From: Mobula hypostoma
Lineage: Eukaryota
Length of the DNA stretch: 64,000 nucleotides
Direction: 5' to 3'
NCBI RefSeq assembly: GCF_963921235.1
Contig: NC_086108.1
Location: forward strand, 7,750,001-7,814,000
In this document: one piece after another, positions 51,881 through 64,000 of the stretch
Layout of the letters: every line of letters starts with the position of its first letter
Position numbering within the stretch: the first letter of the stretch is position 1
Made by a program: the position numbers and the translations under genes
The notes under the pieces: model-generated
Told to the model about the DNA's origin: nothing
Seen by the model: only the letters and a program-made list of their open reading frames with translations
Database searches by the model: none

Positions 51881-54587
51881 GGCCTCGTTTAGACTTTGGT
51901 TAATTGGGGCAGAATGTACTGGTCCCGTTGTATCCCAATTAACCAGAATTCACTGTCCTCCAAATTAGGCCTCACCAACATCTTATACCATTTCAATATA
52001 ACATCCCAAAGTACTCAGTACTTTGACTTATGAAGGCTAATGTGCCAAAAGCTCAGTTTATGCCCTGTCTACTTGTGACACCACTGTCTAGGAATTATGG
52101 ATCTGTATTCCCAGATCACTCTCTTCTGCACTCCTCAATGCCCTTCCGCTGACCACGTGAAGTCCTGTTTTAACCTCCTAAAGTGTAACACTCACACTTG
52201 TCTGTATGAGTTTATGAGAGACCATTTTCAAGACGATGAATATTCATTTCTTTCAGGGAAAAGGAGGCGACATCAGTCCCCGATCTGGAAGTTATAGAAG
52301 TAAGTCATAGGTTTATTACCGTCACGTGTATCGAAAGAAAAGTTTTGTGACGCAAAGATAGCAAATTTAATGACATATGCCCCTTTGATACTAAACCTGA
52401 TTCTGATTCTGAATACCGAGATGCCTTTATTCACACGCACAGGGTTGGTGTGTGGCAGAGGTGGAGTTCACTTGTCCACGACCAATGCAAACTCAGGCCA
52501 ACGTTCCTGCAACAATGACTTCAGGCTAGCGAACCCAGGCGCAGAGTAACAGGTGACTCGAGTATAAAACACTTACAGAAGAATCACAGGACACTCGGAG
52601 CGGATAGTTCAAGACCGAGAGGCAAGTGCTCAATGCATGTAAATCAGCGAGTTGCTTTGTTTTTGTTGGCCTCCCCTCTTGCTGTGTGACACCTCTCTGC
52701 CTCTTTATTAGGGAGAGAGCCTGTGGCATGTCAAATTGGTCGGGCGAACAGTTAGTTTTTCTGCACAGCAGATCATGGTCTCTTTTGGGGGCTTTGTTAT
52801 TGCTTGCTTGGTGAGTGGAGGGTGCTGATGCTTTTTGCTGAAATAAATGGGGGAGGGGGAGGGGGAGGGTCGATGCCTTGCTGCTGCTTGTGCGTGGGAG
52901 GGGAGAAGGGGGCTTTGGGGTTTTAACATTTTTACTGTCATTCATTCTTTGGGCTACCCTTCTGTTTTTGTAGATGTCTGCAAAGAGCGAGAATTTCAGG
53001 TTGTATAATGTATACATTTTCCAATATTAAATGGAACTATTGAACTATGAAAGTTCACATGGTCCCACGAGAAACCCATGGTTACCAATAAAAAGCACAA
53101 AAAAAGCTCCTGGAAGTAATTAACAGGCAACGCAAGCCACAATTAGGTAAATTGACGAGACTCAAGTGAAGTAGAGCAATGAGGTCTGGGCCCTCGGGCA
53201 CCTTCCGTTGATCCAAAGGGTTCATGGCAGTTCCTCTCCCAACTCTCATGGACTGGTTCCAAACCTGTTGCACCAACAGCCAGAGTCCAACTGGAGTACT
53301 GTGAATAGTCTTGGGTCCTTTATCGAAGAAAGGATGTGCTGGCATTGGAGAGGATCCGGAGGAGGTTCACGAGAAAGATCCCTGCAATGAAAGGGTTAAC
53401 ACAGGAGGCTCATTTGATGGCTCCTGGCCTGTACTTGCCGGAGTTTGGAAGAATGGAGGGGGTGGGGGAATGGGAGTGGATTTAATTGAAAACTACCAAA
53501 GATTGAAAGAGGTGATCTCACCCCAAAACGTTGACCATTTATTCCCTTCCGTAGATGCTGCCTGACCTGCTGAGTTCCTTCAGCATTTTGTGTGTGTTGC
53601 TCTGGATTTCCAGCATCTGCAGCAGACTTCCTTGTGTTTAGAATATTGAAAGGGCTAGACAGGGTTGATGTGGAGGGGATGTTTCCAGTGTCTAGGACCA
53701 GAAAGCACAGCCTCAGAATAGAAGGACATCTCTTTAGAACAGATATGGTCTCCAATAAGGTGTTCCGGTTTCCTCCCTCATTCCTGAGTCTTCCGGGCTA
53801 GTAGGTTAATTGGCCAATGGGTGTAATTGCGCTGTGTGAGCTCATTGCACCCGAAGGACCTGTCACCATGTTGTATCTATAAATTTAAATAAACTCTTTA
53901 AATCTCTCCTTCAGCCCCCACCCAGCAGATGTAGCTGTTCTTGACACATCCCACAAGCATATCAGTCTCTCTTCTAGCATGTCATAATTCTTCCTGATTT
54001 GCTGTCACTTTTGTTTGTCCTTGTAATACTTTCATCTTATTGGAGATGTGCCTAGAAATTTTTTCACTCTCTAGCCAAAGGCAGTTAAACATGATCTTGT
54101 CCTTGGAAATTGTGGGGGCTACATGCTACATTGTGTAGGAGGTGGGAACAAATTGAGAACATTCAGATTAATTGTAATAAGCTTTAGTGTATGTTATTGG
54201 CTTTGGCCAAATCTCAAAAAAGGTGTTAACTAAAAACGTTATTTCCTAATTACACTCAGTCTGTGGCCCTGAGATATAACCGAGGAAGCACCTTAGCTGC
54301 CAACTTTTTGAAAGAGTCTTTTTGATTTGTCCCAAAACCCTGTGCTTACCTGGGTATTCAACAGTTCAAGCACCATCTGAGGGGAAAATCATCAACTGAA
54401 GAGATTTTGCAGAGGCTGGAAATCTTAGACCATAAGACTTAATTATGAAAGGTCCTGAAAAAGGGTGTTGGTCCGAAACATTGACTGTTTACTCTTTTTC
54501 ACAGATGCTGCTTAACCTGCTGAGTTCCTCCAGCATTTTGTGTGTGTTGCTCGGATTTCCAGCAGCTCTAGATTATCTCGTGTTTAG

Positions 54588-54900
54588 ACTTGCTGCCCGT
54601 TATGCCGCTGGTGTTTAGGGCAGCAATGAAGGTCTTCCATCTCTGTCTGTATGAACAGATTCTTCGTTGCTTTTTCTGTAACAGTTTTGATTGACCAGTC
54701 AGGGTTGTTAGCCCTGAGCTGAACCCCGAACCAGGAGGACCGGTGGGCCACTCTTAGTCTGGCCTCTACCCTTTGACCTCTTTGGCATGGGTGACCCTAC
54801 CAAGAGCCAAAGCACAAGGCCCTGACTCCGGCCAACATAGATCGCAGGTCATTAAGGCATGCAGGCCTCCAAACCCTACAACAAAGTCATGGTCCTCTTG
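54588..54900 (-). mobile_element. RTE-like non-autonomous element; related RTE 3' end at ~55480-55715
   Basis: Shared gggcagcaNtgNaggtcYtccatctctgtctgt 3' end; the 55480 copy has a (TAAG)n-like tail. Confidence 0.55.
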
Positions 54901-55752
54901 AACCGTAAGACACAGAAGCAGAATTAGGCCATTCAGCCCATCCAGTCTGTTCTACCATTTCTTCATGGATGATTTATTATGCTTTTCAGTCCCATTCTTC
55001 TTCTGCCTTTTCCCAGTAACGTTTGAAGCCCTGACTAATCAAGCACCTATCACCCTCCACTTTAAATATACCTAATAGTGTTGTTGTACTTAGGGTTGTG
55101 CCTGTTGGTTCAGAAACGGAATGGTTGAAGAGATGCAGCTGTTCCTGATCCTGGTGGCGTGGGGCTTCGGGCTTCTGTTCCTCCTGCTCCTGCCCGATGG
55201 TAGCCCTGAGAAGATGGCATGGCCCAGATGGTGGGGATTTTGATGGACATTACAGACTCCTGAACTGATGGTGGGGAGTGAAGTGCCAGTGATATATCGA
55301 GCTGAGTCCACTACTGTGCAGCTATGCACAGAATGATGGCGGAACTCAGCAGGCCAGGAAGGGAATCATTGGAAGGGAATAAACAGTCCCTTCAGTTTTG
55401 AGACATCTCAAAATGTTTACTATCAATCTGACTTCACAGATGTTGCAGACCCACCGAGTTTCTCTACCACTTTGTGTGTTTACTTACTTCCCATTACATC
55501 ACTGGCATTTCGGGCAGCATTGGAGGTCCTCCATCTCTGTCTGTCCTTGGCCATCTTCTCTATTGTACCCCAGGTGTGGTTCAGGGTCCTCATTTCTGCC
55601 TCTATGGTACGGTGCTAAATTGCCTTTATTCTCCCGTGTTTCCTTCGCCCGTCGGGTGTCCAGCGAAGTGCTGTCATGATGATGGAGTTGGCCTCTCTTC
55701 TCATCGCGTGCCCATTCCGTTTCTAACAATTAAGCAGCTTGGTGCCCCAACT

Positions 55753-55972
55753 TGGCCGGCTGGTGGCGTGGTGGCATCAGCACCGGACTTCGGAGCGAAG
55801 GCTCCCAAGTACGGGTCCAGCCGGCTCCCTTGCATGCCTTCCATCCATGCTGGGTTGAGCGTCAAGCTAGCAACTCAGCCCTGTAAAAATAAGAAAGCCT
55901 GCTAAAAAAAAGTGCCGCCGTGATGGCATCCTGATGACTCCACTCGGAGTTAAGGGCTTTCTTCTTCTTCTT
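55753..55972 (+). mobile_element. tRNA-derived SINE with (CTT)n tail
   Basis: Head homologous to the 30155 SINE; exact 15-bp TSD cttggtgccccaact at 55738-55752 and 55973-55987. Confidence 0.9.
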
Positions 55973-56334
55973 CTTGGTGCCCCAACTAAATGGAGGAAAT
56001 CCTCACTAATTTCTTGATTAGCTTCTGTTCTTTAAGACATCCCAAATAGGAGGCTGCCCCAATTAACTGATGTCCCAATTAACCAGAATGAGATGTAGAA
56101 ATAATAAATAAATACTGAGAACATGAGTTGCAGATGATTTATTTATCTGTGTATTTATTTAATAATATCGTTTGTCACTGTTTAGAGCAGATTATGATAG
56201 GTCCATTTGCTCACAGCAATCTACATTGGGATTAAGGCCAAATATCCTGTTGGCTGAGGTTAAAGCATTGGCCCGGGACACAGAGATAATTTTCTGGCTT
56301 TCTATCAATTTATCAGTAGTGGATCTTTGCTTTA

Positions 56335-56995
56335 CCTCCGAGTCTGATGGGATCATTGACTGTATCCAGGCTCCCAGGTGGTGGCCTCCTGTATATTAGT
56401 TAGACATAACATAGATGGGAGCCCACTTTGCCGAGCACCTTCACTCTGTCCGCCACAGAAAGCGGGATGTCCCAGTGACCACCCATTTCAATTCTACTTC
56501 CCACTTCCATTCCCACGTGTCAGTCCATGGCCTCCTCTCCGGCTGCAATGAGGTCACACTCAGGTTGGACGAGCAACACCTTACATTCCATCTGGTAGCC
56601 TCCAACCTGATGGCACAAATATCAATTTCTCAAAATTCCCCCTGCCCGTCTCCTTCACTCCCCATTCCTGTCTCCCTCTCTCACCTTCTCTCCTTCCTTA
56701 CCCATCACCTCCCTCTGATGCTCCTTCCCTTTCTTCATCCTCTCCTGACAGATCCCCCCTTCTCCAGCCCTTTAACTTTTCACCAATCAACTTCCCAGCT
56801 CTTTACTTCACCAGCTCCCCGTCTCCTGCCTTATCACCTACTGCCTTGTACTTCTTCCTCCACTCCCCTAACCTTCCTACTCTGAATTCTCTTCCTTTCC
56901 AGACCTGATGAAGGGTCTCAGCCTGAAACATCAACTGTTCACTCTTCCAAAGATGCTGAGTTCCTCCAGCATTTTGTGTCTGTTGCTTGGATCTT
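56335..56995 (+). mobile_element. Penelope-like GIY-YIG 3' fragment
   Basis: FAEHLHSV..PVTTHFNS..SVHGLL homologous to the 36235 copy; hammerhead motif at 56900. Confidence 0.85.
56900..56937 (+). ncRNA. Hammerhead motif, degenerate copy
   Basis: cagac-CTGATGA-agggtctcagcct-GAAA-catc-aactg. Confidence 0.65.
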
Positions 56996-57262
56996 TACAG
57001 ATTCAGACTTACTTAACACATCCATTGAAAAATACAGTGATGGACCCCCAATGTACGGGTCCTGCCTTCTTCACGTTACTACCATCAGGGAGGAGGTACA
57101 GGAGCCTGAAGACACACACTCAGTGATTCAGGAACAGCTCCTTCCTCTCTGCCATCAGATTTCTGAACGGACAATGAACCCATGAACACTACCTCACAAC
57201 TTCCTTATTTATATTTTGCATACTTATTATATATAGATACACACACACACACACACAACACA

Positions 57263-57391
57263 CGGGGTGATTGATAAATTCGTGGCCTAAGGTAGAAGGA
57301 GATGAGTTATTAACTTCAAACTTCCTGTATAATCACTCAAACAGTTCAACTGCATGTGCATGTAACGAGAGCTGTATAACTGACACCTTCC
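57263..57391. mobile_element. Mariner-type MITE with truncated right TIR
   Basis: ggggtgattgataaattcgtggcct terminus; aaggagatgagttat (57296-57310) is imperfectly inverted at 57376-57390. Confidence 0.55.
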
Positions 57392-57479
57392 TCACCCACC
57401 GACACATCCACACACACAGACAGTTCTCCAAACCGCAGACGTCTGAACTACCGGAGATAGGTGGATGTGTGTGCCTGGT

Positions 57480-60400
57480 CCCTCTCTCTCTCTCTCTCTC
57501 TCTCCCTCCCTCCCTCTCTCCCTCTCTCTCCCCTCTCCCTCTCTCTGTCTCTCCCCTTCTCTCTCCCTCTCTCCCTCTTTCTCGCTCCCCCCTCTCTCTC
57601 CCTCTCTCACTCTCTCTCTCCCACTCACTCTCTCTCTCCCTCTCTCACTCTCTCTCTCCCCCTCACTCCCTCTCTCTCTCACTCTCACTCTCTCTCCCTC
57701 TCTCTCCATCTCACTCTCTCTCGCCCTCTCTCTCCCCCCTCTCTCTCCCTCTCTCTCTCACTCTCTCTCCCACTCCCTCTCTCTCACCCTTCTCTCTCTC
57801 TCCCTCTCTCTCTCCCTCTCTCTCCTTCCCTCTCCCTCTCTCTCCCTCCCTCTCTCTCTCCCTCCCTCTCTCTCCCCCTCTCTCTCACCCTCCAACCCTC
57901 CCTCCCTCTCTCTCTCTCACTCTCTCTCTCTCTCCCTCTCTCTCCATCTCACTCTCTCTCGCCCTCTCTCTCCCCCCTCTCTCTCCCTCTCTCTCTCACT
58001 CTCTCTCCCACTCCCTCTCTCTCCCCTCTATCCCTCTCTCCCTCTCTCTCTCCCTCTCTCTCTCCGTCTCTCTCTCCCTCTCTCCCTCTCACTCTCTCTC
58101 TCTTTCTCTCCCTCTCCATCTCTCTCTCTCCCTCTCCCTCCCTCCCTCTCTCAATCTCTCTCCCCCTTTCCCTCTCTCTGTCTCTCCCTTTCGCTCTCCC
58201 TCCCCCATCTCTCTCCCCCTCTCCCCCACCTCTCTCTCCTTCTCTCTCTCACTCCCTTTCTCTCCCCCTACCCGCTCTCCCCCTCTCTCTCCCTCTCTCC
58301 CCCTCTCTCTCTCCCTCTCTCGCTCCCCCTTTCTCTCACCCTCTCTCTCTCCCCCTCTCTCACCCTCTCTCTCCTCCCCCCCTCTCCCCCTCTCTCTCCC
58401 TCTCTCTCCCTCCCTCTCTCTCTCCCTCTCCCCCTCTCTCTCCCCCTCTCTCTCCTTCCCTCTGTCTCCCTCTCTCCCTCTCCCACTCTCTCGCCCCCCC
58501 TCTCTCTCCCCTCTCTCTCCCTCTCTCTCTCCTTCTCTCCCTCTCTCTCTCCCTCTCTCTCTTCTTCTCTCTCCCTCCCTCTCCCTCTCTCTCCCTCTCT
58601 CTCTCCCTCCCTCTCTCTCTCCCTCCCTCTCACTCTCCCTCCCTCTCTCTCTCCCTCCCTCTCTCTCCCCCTCTCTCTATCTCTCTCTACCTCTCTCTCA
58701 CCCTCCAACCCTCCCTCCCTCCCTCTCACTCTCTCTCCTTCTCTCTCTCACTCTCCCTCTCCCTCTCTCTCCCTCTCTCTCTCTCCTTCTCTCTCCCCCT
58801 CTCTCTCCATCTCTCTCTCTCTCGCCCTCTCTCTCCCCCTCTCTTTCTCCCTCTCTCTCTCACTCCCTCTCCCACTCCCTCTCTCTTCCCCTCTCTCCCT
58901 CTCTCCCTCACTCTCTCTCCTTCTCTCCCTCTCTCTCCCTCTCTCTCTCTCTTGCCCTCTCTCTCCCCCTCTCTCCCCCTCTCTCTCCCTCTCTCCCTCT
59001 CCGTCTCTCTCTCCCTCTCTACCTCTCACTCTCTCTCTTTCTCTCTCTCTCCATCTCTCTCTCCCCCCTCTCCCCTCTCTCCCTCCCACCTCTCTCTCCC
59101 CCTCTCCCCCACCTCTCTCTCCTTCTCTCTCTCACTCCCTTTCTCTCCCCCTCCCGGCTCTCTCACCCCTCTCTCTCCCTCCCACTCTCTCTCTCCCTCT
59201 CTCTCCCTCTCTCTCTCTCTCTCCCTCTCTCTCTCCCCTCCCCCCTCTCTCCCTCTCTCTCTCCCCCTCTCCCCCCTCCCTCCCTCTCTTAATCTCTCTC
59301 TCCCTCTCTCACTCTCTCTCTCCCCCTCACTCCCTCTCTCTCCCTCCTTCTCCCTCTCTCTCCCTCTCTCTCCCTCCTTCTCCCTCTCTCTCCCTCTCTC
59401 TCCCTCCTTCTCCCTCTCTCTCCCTCTCTCTCCCTCCCTCTCTCTCTCCCTCCCGCTCTCTCCCCCTCTCCCTCACCCTCCAACCCTCCCTCCCTCTCTC
59501 TCTCAGTCTCACTCTCTCTCTCCCTCTCTCTCCCTCCTTCTCCCTCTCTCTCCCTCTCTCTCCCTCTCTCTCCCTCTCTCTCCCTCTCTCTCCCTCCCTC
59601 TCTCTCTCCCTCCCGCTCTCTCCCCCTCTCCCTCACCCTCCAACCCTCCCTCCCTCTCTCTCTCACTCTCACTCTCTCTCTCCCTCTCTCTCCCTCCTTC
59701 TCCCTCTCTCTCCCTCTCTCTCCCTCCTTCTCCCTCTCTCTCCCTCTCTCTCCCTCCCTCTCTCTCTCCCTCCCGCTCTCTCCCCCTCTCCCTCACCCTC
59801 CAACCCTCCCTCCCTCTCTCTCTCAGTCTCTCTCTCCCTCTACCTCTCTCTGTCTTTCTCTCTCCCCCCTCTCTCTCCCTCTCTCTCTCTCTCCCCCTCT
59901 ACCCCTCTCTCCCCCCCTCTCTCTCCGTCTCTCTCTCTCTCTCTCCCTCTCCCTCCCTCCCTCTCTCAATCTCTCTCCCCCTCTCCCTCTCTCTGTCTCT
60001 CCCTTTCGCTCTCCTTCCCCCATCTCTCTCCCCTCTCTCTCCCCCACCTCTCTCTCCTTCTCTCTCTCACTCCCTTTCTCTCCCCCTCCCCGCTCTCCCC
60101 CCTCTCTCTCCCTCTCTCTCCCTCCCTCTCTCCCCCTCTCTCTCCCTCTCTCTCCCTCCCTCTCTCTCTCCCTCTCCCTCTCCCTCTCTCTCTCCTTCTC
60201 TCTCCCTCCCTCTCTCTCTCCCTCTCCCTCTCTCTCTCCCCTCTCTCTCTCCTTCCCTCTGTCTCCCTCTCTCCCTCTCCCACTCTCTCGCCCCCCCTCT
60301 CTCTCCTCTCTCTCTCCCTCTCTCTCTCCCTCCCTCTCTCTCTCTCTCCCTCTCGCTCCCCCCACCCCTTCTCTCTCTCGCTCTCTCTCTCTACCTCCCT

Positions 60401-63400
60401 CTCTCTCTCTCCCTCTCGGTCTGAACCTCTCTCTCTCCTACTCTCTCTCTCTCCCTCTCTCTCTCCCATCTCTCTCTCCCTCTCTCTCTCCCTCCCTCTC
60501 TCTCCCCCTCTCCTCCTCTCTCTCTCCCTCCCTCTCTCTCTCCCTCTCCCTCTCTCTCTCCCCTCTCTCTCTCCTTCCCTCTGTCTCCCTCTCTCCCTCT
60601 CCCACTCTCTCGCCCCCCCTCTCTCTCCTCTCTCTCTCCCTCTCTCTCTCCCTCCCTCTCTCTCTCCCTCCCTCTCTCTCCCTCTCTCTCTCCCTCCCTC
60701 TCTCTCTCCCTCCCTCTTGCTCTCCCTCCCTCTCTCCCTCCCTCCCTCTCTCTCCCCTCTCTCTATCTCTCTCTAACTCTCTCTCACCCTCCAACCCTCC
60801 CTCCCTCCCTCCCTCTCACTCTCTCTCCTTCTCTCTCTCACTCTCCCTCTCCCTCTCTCTCCATCTCTCTCTCTCGCCCTCTCTCTCCCCCCTCTCTTTC
60901 TCCCTCTCTCTCTCACTCCCTCTCCTACTCCCTCTCTCTCCCCCTCTCTCCCTCTCTCCCTCTCTCTCTCCCTCTCTACCTCTCACTCTCTCTCTTTCTC
61001 TCTCTCTCTTTCTCTCTCTCTCCATCTCTCTCTCTCCCCCTCTCCCCTCTCTCCCTCCCTCCCTCTCTCAATATCTCTCCCCCTCTCCCTCTCTCTGTCT
61101 CTCCCTTTCGCTCTCCCTCTCCCGCTCTCCCTCCCCCTCTCTCTCCCCCTCTCCCCCACCTCTCTCTCCTTCTCTCTCTCACCCCTCTCTCTCCCCTCCC
61201 CGCTCTCTCTGCCCTCTCTCTCCCTCCCCCTCTCTCTCCCCCTCTCCCCCACCTCTCTCTCCTTCTCTCTCTCACCCCTCTCTCTCCCCTCCCCGCTCTC
61301 TCTGCCCTCTCTCTCCCTCCCTCTCTCTCTCTCTCTCTGAGTCTCTCCCTCTCTCTCTCCCTCTCTCTCCCCCTCTCTCTCCCTCTCTCTCCCTCCCTCT
61401 CTCCCTCCCTCTCAGTCTCAACCTCTCTCTCTCCTTCTCTCTCTCTCCCTCTCCCTCTCTCCCTCTCTCTCTCCTTCTCTCTCTCCCTCTCTCCCTCCCT
61501 CTCTCTCCCTCTCTCTCTCCCTCTCTCCCTCTCTGTCTCTCTCTCCCTCTCTCCCTCACTCTCTCTCTTTCTCTCCCTCTCCATCTCTCTCTCTCCCCCT
61601 CTCCCCTCTCTCCCTCCCTCCCTCTCTTAATCTCTCTCCCCCTCTCCCTCTCTCTGTCTCTCCCTTTCACTCTCCCTCTCCCGCTCTCCCTCCCCCCTCT
61701 CTCTCCCCCTCTCCCCCACCTCTCTCTCCTTCTCTCTCTCACTCCCTTTCTGTCCCCTCCCTGCTCTCTCCCCCTCTCTCTCCCTCCCTCTCTATCTCTC
61801 ATTCTCAGTCTCTCTCCCTCTCTCCCTCTCTCTCTCCCCCCCTCCTCCCCTCTGTCTCCCTCTCTCCCTCTCCCACTCTCTCGCCCCCTCTCTCTCCTCT
61901 CTCTCTCCCTCTCTCTCTCCCCCTCTTCCCCACCTCTCTCTCCCTCTCTCTCTCTCCTTCCCTCTCTCTCCTTCTCTCTCTCTCTCTCTCCCCCACTCTC
62001 TCCCTCTCTGTCTCCCCCTCTCTCTCTCTCTCTCTCTCTCCCTCTCTCTCTCCCTCTCTCCCTCACCGTCTCTCCCTCCCTCTCTCCCTCTTACTCTCTC
62101 TCTCTTTCTCTCCCTCTCCATCTCTCTCTCTCCCCTCTCCCCCCTCCCTCCCTCCCTCTCTCAATCTCTCTCCCCCCTCCCTCTCTCTGTCTCTCCCTTT
62201 CGCTCTCCCTCTCCCGCTCTCCCTCCCCCTCTCTCTCCCGCTCTCCCCCACCTCTCTCTCCTTCTCTCTCTCACCCCTCTCTCTCCCTCCCTCCCTCTCT
62301 CTCTCACCCCTCTCTCTCCCTCCCCCCCCTCTCTCTCTCTGAGTCTCTCCCTCTCTCTCTCCCTCTCTCTCCCCCTCTCTCTCCCTCTCTCTCCCTCCCT
62401 CTCTCCCTCCCTCTCAGTCTCAACCTCTCTCTCTCCTTCTCTCTCTCTCCCTCTCCCTCTCTCCCTCTCTCTCTCCTTCTCTCTCTCCCTCTCTCCCTCC
62501 CTCTCTCTCCCTCTCTCTCTCCCTCTCTCCCTCTCTGTCTCTCTCTCCCTCTCTCCCTCACTCTCTCTCTTTCTCTCCCTCTCCATCTCTCTCTCTCCCC
62601 CTCTCCCCTCTCTCCCTCCCTCCCTCTCTTAATCTCTCTCCCCCTCTCCCTCTCTCTGTCTCTCCCTTTCACTCTCCCTCTCCCGCTCTCCCTCCCACCT
62701 CTCTCTCCCACTCTCCCCCACCTCTCTCTCCCTCCCTCTCTCTCTCCCCCTCTCAGTCTCTCTCCCTCTCTCTCCCTCTCTCTCTCTCCCTCTCGCTCTC
62801 CCTCTCTCCCCCTCTCTCTCCCTCTCTCGCTCCCCCTTTCTCTCACCCTCTCTCTCCCTCTCTCTCTCCCCTCTCTCTCTCCTCCCCTCTGTCTCCCTCT
62901 CTCCCTCTCCCACTCTCTCGCCCCCTCTCTCTCTCCTCTCTCTCTCCTCTCTCTCTCCATCCCTCTCTCTCCCCTCCCTCTCTCTCCATCTCTCTCTACC
63001 TCTCACCCTCCAACCCTCCCTCCCTCCCTCTCACTCTCTCTCTCCTTCTCTCTCCCTCTCTCCCTCTCTCTCTCCCCCTCTCTCCCTCTCTCTCTCCCCC
63101 TCTCTCCCTCCCTCTCTCTCCCTCTCTCTCTCCCTCTCTCTCTCCCCCTCTCCCTCTCTCTCTCTCTCTCCCCCTCTCCCTCTCTCTCCCCCTCTCTCTC
63201 TCCCTCTCTCTCTCCCCCCCTCTCTCTCTCTCTCTCCCTCTCCCTCTCCCACTCTCTCTCTCCCTCCCTCTCCCACTCTCTCTCTCCCTCTCTCTCTCCC
63301 ACTCTCTCCCTCTCTCTCTCCCCCTCCCTCTCTCTCCCTCTCTCTCTCCCCCTCTCTCTCCCTCTCTCTCTCCCACTCCCTCTCCCTCTCTCTCCCTCTC

Positions 63401-64000
63401 TCTCCCTCTCTCTCTCCCACTCCCTCTCCCTCTCTCTCTCTCTCTCTCCCTCTCTCCCTCTCTCCCCCTCTCTCCCTCTCTCTCCCTCTCTCCCTCTCTC
63501 TCTCCCTCTCTCTCCCTCTCTCTCTCCCTCTCTCTCTCCCCCCCTCTCTCTCTCTCTCTCCCTCTCCCTCTCCCACTCTCTCTCTCCCTCCCTCTCCCAC
63601 TCTCTCTCTCCCTCTCTCTCTCCCACTCTCTCCCTCTCTCTCTCCCCCTCCCTCTCTCTCTCTCTCTCTCTCCCCCTCTCTCTCCCTCTCTCTCCCTCTC
63701 TCTCCCTCTCTCTCTCCCACTCCCTCTCCCTCTCTCTCCCTCTCTCTCCCCCTCTCTCTCCCTCTCTCTCCCTCTCTCTCCCCCTCTCTCTCCCTCTCTC
63801 CCTCTCTCCCCCTCTCTCCCTCTCTCTCCCTCTCTCCCTCTCTCTCTCCCCCTCTCCCCCTCTCTCTCCCTCTCTCCCTCTCTCTCCCTCTCTCCCTCTC
63901 TCCCCCTCTCTCCCTCTCTCTCTCTCTCTCTCCCTCTCTCCCTCTCTCTCCCCCTCTCTCTCTCTCTCCCTCTCTCCCTCTCTCCCTCTCTCCCTCTCTC
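57480..64000. repeat. At least 6.5 kb CT-rich polypyrimidine/polypurine tract with higher-order repeats
   Basis: Almost only C and T on the plus strand; tccctctctc decamers and recurring marker motifs; runs off the window end. Confidence 0.98.

Noticed and set aside
55931..55955. CTGATGA followed by a ctcc/ggag hairpin in the SINE as a hammerhead
   Set aside because: No GAAA after the stem and no stems I or III; more likely a 3' LINE-recognition hairpin.
29400..57400. A divergent neighbouring host gene upstream of SAE1
   Set aside because: No exon with recognisable protein similarity found by eye; small exons could have been missed.
57271..63720. Long Ser/Leu/Pro and Glu/Arg/Gly ORFs of up to 1103 aa
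   Set aside because: Artefact of a CT/GA tract that lacks stop codons; open in several frames at once with no domain content.

Overview
Vertebrate genomic DNA, most likely a cartilaginous fish (inferred from the repeat complement, not confirmed). The only host gene I can support is the 5' half of SAE1 (SUMO-activating enzyme subunit 1) on the minus strand: a CpG/CRE-rich promoter at ~29.2-29.4 kb and coding exons 1-3 (92, 112 and 174 nt). Almost everything else is transposable element: five L1-clade LINE insertions (two with twin-priming-type inversions), two near full-length CR1 LINEs plus many CR1 3' fragments, Rex1/Babar and RTE pieces, tRNA-derived SINEs, two solo LTRs with TSDs, Penelope-like GIY-YIG fragments carrying minimal hammerhead ribozyme motifs, and an IR/DR Tc1 transposon split by a head-to-tail pair of Hero-like RT-RLE retrotransposons. 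The last 6.5 kb is a hierarchical CT-rich tract. The most notable items are the Hero tandem (apparent template jump), the hammerhead motifs, and the two inverted L1s in SAE1 intron 2. These are mostly unusual instances of known mechanisms; I found no clearly new protein-coding system. Repeat boundaries without a TSD are approximate.
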